Shown here: positions 58,634-64,000 of the stretch, piece by piece
How the letters are laid out: every line of letters begins with the position of its first letter
How positions within the stretch are numbered: the stretch's first letter is position 1
Assembly: GCA_937900285.1 (NCBI GenBank)
Contig: CALCEM010000027.1
Span: 861 to 64,860 of the forward strand
Source: an uncultured Fretibacterium sp.
Lineage (GTDB): Bacteria > Synergistota > Synergistia > Synergistales > Aminobacteriaceae
Direction: 5' to 3'
DNA: 64,000 nt
Program-made: the position numbers and the translations under genes
The notes under the pieces: model-generated
Seen by the model: only the letters and a program-made list of their open reading frames with translations
What the model was told of the DNA's origin: nothing
Database searches by the model: none

Positions 58634-58783
58634 ATGGCCGATATAATTGGTTTAACATGCACTCAATGCAAACGCAGAAATTACACGACTACCGTAAACA
58701 AAAAAAAGCAGTCCAAAAAACTTGAGCTTAAAAAATATTGCAAATGGTGTAAAGGTTCAACGCTCCATAAAGAAAGCAAATAA
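58634..58783 (+). CDS. rpmG: 50S ribosomal protein L33
   Basis: Not in the ORF track because it is under 60 aa. Translation is [60 protein letters not shown] upstream. Confidence 0.9.
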   Translation: MADIIGLTCTQCKRRNYTTTVNKKKQSKKLELKKYCKWCKGSTLHKESK

Positions 58784-58794
58784 TTTAAAAAAAG

Positions 58795-58823
58795 TTGCAT
58801 AGAATTTAAAGCTGTTGTACAAT
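58795..58823 (+). promoter_or_regulatory. Sigma70 promoter for tRNA-Trp/secE/nusG (TTGCAT-17-TACAAT)
   Basis: TTGCAT at 58795-58800, 17-nt spacer, TACAAT at 58818-58823. Confidence 0.5.
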
Positions 58824-58843
58824 CTCCGCGTAATTTTGGACGC

Positions 58844-58919
58844 AGGTCCGTGGCTCAATTGGCAGAGCACTGGTCTCCAAAACCGGGGGCTGCAGGTTCG
58901 AGTCCTGCCGGGCCTGCCA
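58844..58919 (+). tRNA. tRNA-Trp (anticodon CCA)
   Basis: AGGTCCGTGGCTCAATTGGCAGAGCACTGGTCTCCAAAACCGGGGGCTGCAGGTTCGAGTCCTGCCGGGCCTGCCA. Anticodon loop CTCCAAA. Classic position before secE. Confidence 0.92.
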
Positions 58920-58945
58920 TTTTTATGATCGGGAGCAGTATTTTA

Positions 58946-59161
58946 ATGGCAAAAACAACTGCGGGAAGTACTACAAAATTTAGTTCGTTGATGAATTTTA
59001 TACGTGAAGCTCGTGCCGAATTAAAAAAAGTTACATGGCCGGGACGTAAACAAATATGGTATTGGACTTTAGTAGTTATAGTTTTTACTTTATCTGTTTC
59101 GTTATATTTGGGGCTTGTAGATTTTTTACTGGCATGGTTGTTTTCTGCGCTTTTGGGCTAA
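58946..59161 (+). CDS. secE: Preprotein translocase subunit SecE
   Basis: MAKTT...FIREARAELKKVTWPGRKQIWYWTLVVIVFTLSVSLYLGLVDFLL. The ORF-track start at 58850 runs through the tRNA-Trp gene and is rejected. Confidence 0.9.
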   Translation: MAKTTAGSTTKFSSLMNFIREARAELKKVTWPGRKQIWYWTLVVIVFTLSVSLYLGLVDFLLAWLFSALLG

Positions 59162-59176
59162 AGGGTTAAAAATATT

Positions 59177-59713
59177 ATGCCTGGCGAACGCGGATGGTAT
59201 GTAGTTCAGACTTATTCAAGTTATGAGCAGCATGTTGCGGATGATATAAGTCGCAGAATTGTCGCGATGGATATGTCTGGAAAAATTTTCGGGACAGCTA
59301 TTCCTATGGAGACCCGTGTTGAGATCCGTAACGGAAAGCCTCGAACGGTTAAACGCAAATTATATCCTGGTTATGTTTTTGTTGATATGATCATGGAGGA
59401 GCAAGCTTGGTACACTGTCAGGCAGACTTCAGGCGTAACAGGTTTTATCGGAGCAGGTAACCACCCTCGCCCGTTATCTCCTGAGGAAGTCAAAAGGTTA
59501 AGGCTCGATGAAAATCCGGATGAAATTAACGAAAATGTAAAACTCGATATAGATTTAAAACCGGGTGATTTGATTCGCGTAAATATTGAAAATCTCGAAG
59601 ACCGTCCAGCTTCAGTTATAAAAGTAAATCCTAAAAAAGGTACGGTTAAATTTCGTATCGAAGGTTTTAGCGGAGAAATGGAAACAGATTATAAGTCTGT
59701 CGAAAAATTATAA
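59177..59713 (+). CDS. nusG: Transcription termination/antitermination factor NusG
   Basis: WYVVQTYSSYEQHV (NGN domain), YPGYVFVDM, and a C-terminal KOW domain. Confidence 0.95.
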   Translation: MPGERGWYVVQTYSSYEQHVADDISRRIVAMDMSGKIFGTAIPMETRVEIRNGKPRTVKRKLYPGYVFVDMIMEEQAWYTVRQTSGVTGFIGAGNHPRPLSPEEVKRLRLDENPDEINENVKLDIDLKPGDLIRVNIENLEDRPASVIKVNPKKGTVKFRIEGFSGEMETDYKSVEKL

Positions 59714-59785
59714 ATTATAAAAAATATTTATTTGAATTATTTAAATTATTTAAATTTGAAATTAAGCACGAAAGGAAAATTTTAA

Positions 59786-60211
59786 ATGGCTAAGAAAGTT
59801 GTGGGACAGGTAAAATTACAGCTCCCTGCAGGAAAAGCTACACCAGCACCCCCCGTAGGCCCTGCACTCGGACAGCACGGCGTTAATATTATGGAATTTT
59901 GCAAGCAGTTTAACGCAAAAACTTCGGATCAAGCCGGTTTAATAATCCCTGCGGTTATTACTGTTTATGCTGATAGAAGTTTTACGTTTGAATTGAAGAC
60001 TCCGCCGGCAGCAGTATTATTAAAAAAGGCCGTTGGAATTGAATCAGGTTCAGGCGTTCCGAATAAAACAAAAGTCGGGAAAATCGCCCGCGCTAAAGTT
60101 CGCGAAATTGCAGAATTAAAACGCAAAGATTTAAACGCTAACGACATAGAAGCCGCCATGAGAATGATTGAAGGTACTGCTCGTTCAATGGGGCTTGAAG
60201 TAGTAAATTAA
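59786..60211 (+). CDS. rplK: 50S ribosomal protein L11
   Basis: [35 protein letters not shown]. Confidence 0.97.
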   Translation: MAKKVVGQVKLQLPAGKATPAPPVGPALGQHGVNIMEFCKQFNAKTSDQAGLIIPAVITVYADRSFTFELKTPPAAVLLKKAVGIESGSGVPNKTKVGKIARAKVREIAELKRKDLNANDIEAAMRMIEGTARSMGLEVVN

Positions 60212-60300
60212 TTTGTAATTTAATTTGTGGGAGAGTTTTTAATTTAATTTAATTAATTAATTAATTTATCTCGCGAATACCACTGGAGGAATTTTTAAAA

Positions 60301-61005
60301 ATGAAACATAGCAAACGTTACCGCGAAGCAGCCGAAAAAGTTGAAGCCGGAAAATTATACGGACTCCGCGAAGCAGTAGAATTATTTAAACAGGTTGCCA
60401 CAGCAAAATTTAATGAGAGCATAGAAGTTCACGTAAAACTCGGAATCGATCCGAGACATGCAGACCAGCAAGTTAGAAGCACCGTTTCTCTTCCTCATGG
60501 GACTGGCGTAACAAAAAAAGTTTTGGTAATTACTCAAGGCGAAAAAATTAAAGAAGCTCAAGATGCCGGCGCTGATTTAGTTGGCGGTGAAGATATGGTT
60601 CAACAAATTCAAGGCGGGTTTATGGATTTTGATGCGGTCATCGCTACTCCTGACATGATGAAATCTGTGGGCCGTCTCGGTAAAGTTTTAGGACCGCGCG
60701 GTTTAATGCCTAGTGCCAAAGCTGGTACAGTTACGTTTGAACTTGAGAGCGCAGTAAAAGAAATTAAAGCCGGTCGAGTCGAGTTCAGAGCCAATAAAGC
60801 AGGAATCACTCATAATTCAGCAGGAAAAAGGGATTTTACAGCCGATCAACTTTATGAAAATGTAAAAGCTTTATTACAGGCTATTTATAAAGTGCGTCCG
60901 GCTTCGGTTAAAGGCACTTACGTCAAGAGCATAGCAATTGCTCCAACAATGGGGCCGGGAATCGCAATCGATCCAAGCCAAGTACAAAAGGAACTCGCGC
61001 TATAA
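60301..61005 (+). CDS. rplA: 50S ribosomal protein L1
   Basis: [11 protein letters not shown]...[33 protein letters not shown]...LGPRGLMP. Confidence 0.97.
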   Translation: MKHSKRYREAAEKVEAGKLYGLREAVELFKQVATAKFNESIEVHVKLGIDPRHADQQVRSTVSLPHGTGVTKKVLVITQGEKIKEAQDAGADLVGGEDMVQQIQGGFMDFDAVIATPDMMKSVGRLGKVLGPRGLMPSAKAGTVTFELESAVKEIKAGRVEFRANKAGITHNSAGKRDFTADQLYENVKALLQAIYKVRPASVKGTYVKSIAIAPTMGPGIAIDPSQVQKELAL

Positions 61006-61029
61006 AATAATTTAATTAATTAAAATTTT

Positions 61030-61176
61030 AAATTCCGTAGACAACAGGAGCGTTAAAGCTTAAAAATTAATTTAAAAATAAAAAATAAAATCCTGTCGAG
61101 GAGATAAAGTGAAAAATTTTAAAAAATTCATGGCTTCTCCTTAAATGTTATAATTCGAGAGGCCGTTTTTTTTTTG
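61030..61176 (+). promoter_or_regulatory. rplJ (L10) leader with an intrinsic attenuator terminator
   Basis: 204-nt untranslated gap. Upstream helix ACAGGA/TCCTGT. Hairpin GGCTTCTC (61132-61139) / GAGAGGCC (61157-61164) is followed after one G by T10 (61166-61175), 35 nt before the rplJ ATG. Confidence 0.5.
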
Positions 61177-61209
61177 CGTTATTTATAAACAGGAGGTGAA
61201 ATAAAAAAA

Positions 61210-61752
61210 ATGCCTGCAAATATTAAATATGATTTAGTTGCCGGAATTAAAGAAAAACTCGCGAAAACTAAAGCCGTTTACGTCGGAGAATATCGCGGGA
61301 TGACCGTTGCTCAGAGTACAGCACTGCGCGCAAAAGTTAGAGAGGCCGGCGGAGAATTAAAGATCGCGAAAAATACTTTATTTGAGATCGCATTAAAGGA
61401 AGCTGGATTTAACGCACTCGATGAAAAATTAATGTCAGGTCCGAATATTTTCGCACTATGTTACGATGATCCCGTAAGCGTTGCAAAAGTTTTAAAGGAA
61501 TATGCTTCGGATAAAACTCAAAAGGCATTTATATTAAAAGGCGGACAGCTCGAAGGACAAAATTTAACGCTCGAACAGTTAAACGCCCTTGCAGATTTGC
61601 CGTCAAAAGATGTCATGCGCGCTCAAGTCGTCAGAACTATTGCCGCACCGATTTCGGGTTTTGTCAATGTTTTGGCTGGAACTATACGCGGGTTCGTTAC
61701 ATGTTTGGATCAGATTCGCGACAAAAAGGAAAAAGAAAATCCAGCAGCGTAA
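61210..61752 (+). CDS. rplJ: 50S ribosomal protein L10
   Basis: YVGEYRGMTVAQSTALRAKVREAGGELKIAKNTL. Confidence 0.96.
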   Translation: MPANIKYDLVAGIKEKLAKTKAVYVGEYRGMTVAQSTALRAKVREAGGELKIAKNTLFEIALKEAGFNALDEKLMSGPNIFALCYDDPVSVAKVLKEYASDKTQKAFILKGGQLEGQNLTLEQLNALADLPSKDVMRAQVVRTIAAPISGFVNVLAGTIRGFVTCLDQIRDKKEKENPAA

Positions 61753-61827
61753 TTTATTTTGTAAGTAATTTGAATTTGTGAAATTAATTTTTATTTTTTA
61801 TTTATTTTGTTTGGAGGAAAATTTTAA

Positions 61828-62205
61828 ATGTCAAAAGAAGAACTTATTCAAGCTATTGAATCAATGTCAGTATTAGAGCTTTCAGAATTAGTAAAGGCTC
61901 TCGAAGAAAAATTTGGTGTATCCGCTTCAGCTGCTCCCGTTGCAATGATGGCCATGCCTGGTGCTGGTGCTGCGGCTGCTCCTGCTGAAGAAAAAACAGA
62001 ATTTGATGTAGTCTACAAAGCTCCCGGCGCAAATAAAATCGCAGTCATTAAAGCAGTACGCGAAATTACAAGCTTAGGACTTAAAGAAGCAAAAGAACTC
62101 GTAGACAACCCGCCGAAGAATATTAAAGAAGGCGTATCAAAAGAGGAAGCCGAAGAAATTAAAAAGAAATTGGCTGAAGCCGGTGCAGAAGTCGAAGTTA
62201 AGTAA
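61828..62205 (+). CDS. rplL: 50S ribosomal protein L7/L12
   Basis: [24 protein letters not shown], an Ala-rich hinge, and [10 protein letters not shown]...[19 protein letters not shown]. Confidence 0.97.
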   Translation: MSKEELIQAIESMSVLELSELVKALEEKFGVSASAAPVAMMAMPGAGAAAAPAEEKTEFDVVYKAPGANKIAVIKAVREITSLGLKEAKELVDNPPKNIKEGVSKEEAEEIKKKLAEAGAEVEVK

Positions 62206-62221
62206 AAAAAATGATTTATTA

Positions 62222-62259
62222 ACGGCCCTTTTTAGTAATATAGGAGGGGTCGTTTTTTT
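62222..62259 (+). terminator. Rho-independent terminator after rplL
   Basis: Stem ACGGCCC / GGGTCGT (one G-U pair) followed by T7. Confidence 0.55.
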
Positions 62260-62287
62260 ATAACTAGTAGAAGGAGAAAAATTTAAA

Positions 62288-62647
62288 ATGGCTGAGAAAA
62301 AAACTGATAAGAAAAAATTATTTATAATCGGAGTAATTTGCGCTATAATTCTTTTAAATATCGTGTGGACGGTTTTGCAAAATAAGTTTACGCAGAAATT
62401 AGATGTCGTAATCTCCAGCATGACGAAACTTGAACAGAGAGTAATGAAGCTCGAACAGGGCGGACTTCCTGATGTTGCAGATTTAAAACAGGATTTCGGA
62501 GCCTTAAAAGAGATCGCAGAACAGTACGCCGGACAGTTAAATAATTCGATTAGTGTTGAAGAAGGAAAATTAAAGGCTCTTGAAGCAGAACTCGAAGCGC
62601 AGAAGTCACGTGTCGAAGCAATGAAAAAATTAGTTCCGGCGAAATAA
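62288..62647 (+). CDS. Hypothetical membrane-anchored coiled-coil protein
   Basis: 119 aa. TM helix LFIIGVICAIILLNIVWTV, then heptad-like helical sequence. RBS GGAGAA upstream. Confidence 0.5.
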   Translation: MAEKKTDKKKLFIIGVICAIILLNIVWTVLQNKFTQKLDVVISSMTKLEQRVMKLEQGGLPDVADLKQDFGALKEIAEQYAGQLNNSISVEEGKLKALEAELEAQKSRVEAMKKLVPAK

Positions 62648-62686
62648 GATCACTTCACGAAAAGTATTTTACGCAATAATGCTTAT

Positions 62687-62722
62687 AACCCTGGCTTATA
62701 AATTGGATGCTGGGGTTTTTTA
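62687..62722 (+). terminator. Rho-independent terminator
   Basis: Stem AACCCTGGC / GCTGGGGTT (two G-U pairs) followed by T6. Confidence 0.5.
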
Positions 62723-62737
62723 ATTTAAAAATTTAAT

Positions 62738-63868
62738 ATGAACATGAACGAAAAAATTTATATTCTGAAACAAGATAATTATAATTATGACGAAATTTTT
62801 AAGGCTGTCGAAAAAATGTTTAATTTTTATGGCGGTGTAGGAAATTTTGTAAAGCCCGGCGAAACAGTTTTATTAAAAACGAATTTGGTGGCCTGTCACG
62901 ATATAGAACGGCGCGTAACAACTGATCCCAATGTCGTTAAAGCAGTCGCAGAAATTTTAATTAATCATGGCGCAAAACCTTTTATAGCTGACAGTCCGGG
63001 AATTGATAATTTTAACAGGGCCGCTCAAAAGGCAGGAATTAAAAAAATTGCTGATGAATTAAATATTAATTGCGTCGAATTAGTTGACCCGGTAAATTTA
63101 AATATTACGAGTTCGAACGCAGATTATAAAAATATTCAGGTCAGCAGATCAGTAATTGAAGCAGATAAAATTATCAGCCTCGCAAAAATGAAAACTCACG
63201 GCCAAATGCTTTTAACGCTCGGAGTAAAAAATTTATTTGGTTGCGTTCCAGGCAGATTAAAATCCGGCTGGCATTATAACGTAGGATTAAACCGTGAACG
63301 TTTCGCGGCTTTGTTGCTCGATATATATTTAAACGTTAAACCAGTTTTTACGATCGTTGACGGCGTTATCGGAATGGATGGAGACGGCCCGACAAGTGGC
63401 GATCCATATAATTTTAATATTTTGGCTGGAGCTTGTGACGCTTTAAAATTAGATTTCTGGTTGTGTAAATTTATGGGCGCAAAATTTGAGGAATATCCGT
63501 TATATAATGCAGCCCTCAAAAAAAATTTACCTGAATGCAATTTAAATCCTGAAGATTTAGCGGGCGATCTCGATCAAAATTTCAAATTTGAAAATGTAAA
63601 TATCCCGGAAACCCGTTCAATGCGTTTATTGCCGAAAATTCCATTTATTGAAAAATTGATGACTTCAAAGCCTGTTCACATTCCAGAAAAATGCATCGGT
63701 TGCGGTCGGTGTGAAGAAATGTGCGCCGCTGGAGCTTTGAAACATCACAATAAAAAATTAACGTTCGATTATTCCAAATGCATACGCTGTTATTGTTGTC
63801 ATGAGATGTGCCCGGTTAAGGCTATAGAATTTAAACAGAGCTGGCTTGTAAAATTATTGTCGAGATAA
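62738..63868 (+). CDS. DUF362 domain protein with a C-terminal 2x[4Fe-4S] ferredoxin domain
   Basis: VLLKTNLV...DPNVVKAV..., then MKTHGQMLLTLGVKNLFGCVPG (DUF362), then CIGCGRCEEMCP-type and CIRCYCCHEMCP clusters. Confidence 0.8.
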   Translation: MNMNEKIYILKQDNYNYDEIFKAVEKMFNFYGGVGNFVKPGETVLLKTNLVACHDIERRVTTDPNVVKAVAEILINHGAKPFIADSPGIDNFNRAAQKAGIKKIADELNINCVELVDPVNLNITSSNADYKNIQVSRSVIEADKIISLAKMKTHGQMLLTLGVKNLFGCVPGRLKSGWHYNVGLNRERFAALLLDIYLNVKPVFTIVDGVIGMDGDGPTSGDPYNFNILAGACDALKLDFWLCKFMGAKFEEYPLYNAALKKNLPECNLNPEDLAGDLDQNFKFENVNIPETRSMRLLPKIPFIEKLMTSKPVHIPEKCIGCGRCEEMCAAGALKHHNKKLTFDYSKCIRCYCCHEMCPVKAIEFKQSWLVKLLSR

Positions 63869-63957
63869 ATTTTAATTTTAAAAATTACCAGAATATTTAA
63901 ATTAATCGTGTAATCGTGATAATATTTTTATAAATCAAATTGGAGGTTTTAAATTCA

Positions 63958-64000
63958 ATGGGAAATAAAAATTTATTTGGAGTAAATCAGCTCGAAAATT
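63958..64000 (+). CDS. 5' end of an unidentified ORF (MGNKNLFGVNQLEN...), truncated by the window edge
   Basis: ATG lies 11 nt after TGGAGG. Only 14 codons are visible. Confidence 0.3.
   Translation, partial: MGNKNLFGVNQLEN

Noticed and set aside
58850-58945. N-terminal extension of the SecE ORF (MAQLAEHWSPKPGAAGSSPAGPAIF...).
   Set aside because: This stretch is the tRNA-Trp gene read as protein. SecE starts at the ATG at 58946.

Overview
AT-rich bacterial chromosome segment that uses the standard genetic code and is densely coding. No rRNA, CRISPR array, transposase or integrase was seen. Most of the window is housekeeping. It holds an lpxB-lpxI-lptF/G envelope operon (so the organism is a diderm) and a Firmicute-like flagellar operon, fliE-F-G-H-I-J-SLT-motE/ylxF-fliK-flgD-flgE. 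It also holds ileS, thrS, clpB, ldh, pepA, gpmA and the rpmG-tRNATrp-secE-nusG-rplKAJL cluster. Anaerobe-type genes are present (rubrerythrin, DUF362 Fe-S protein). Taxon is not determinable by eye; Synergistota- or Negativicutes-like is only a guess. The accessory part lies at about 41.6-55.2 kb. It contains a giant HAD/capsule-synthesis gene and a pilC-pilin-SPFH/Zn-ribbon-membrane operon. It also contains a 2.45 kb islet bounded by 14-bp direct repeats of the tRNA-Ala 3' end, which carries exported ankyrin and Sel1-like proteins, and a glycan locus (epimerase, two glycosyltransferases, a priming sugar transferase). The strongest hunt result is an identical ATCAC pentanucleotide tract, preceded by the same RBS-TTGACAA-ATG leader, at the 5' ends of two unlinked surface-glycan genes. 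The GT8 gene at 11.2 kb is in frame (ON). The capsule-type gene at 45.0 kb is out of frame with its RBS-linked ATG (apparently OFF). All calls rest on reading the sequence and the ORF translations; no searches were run.
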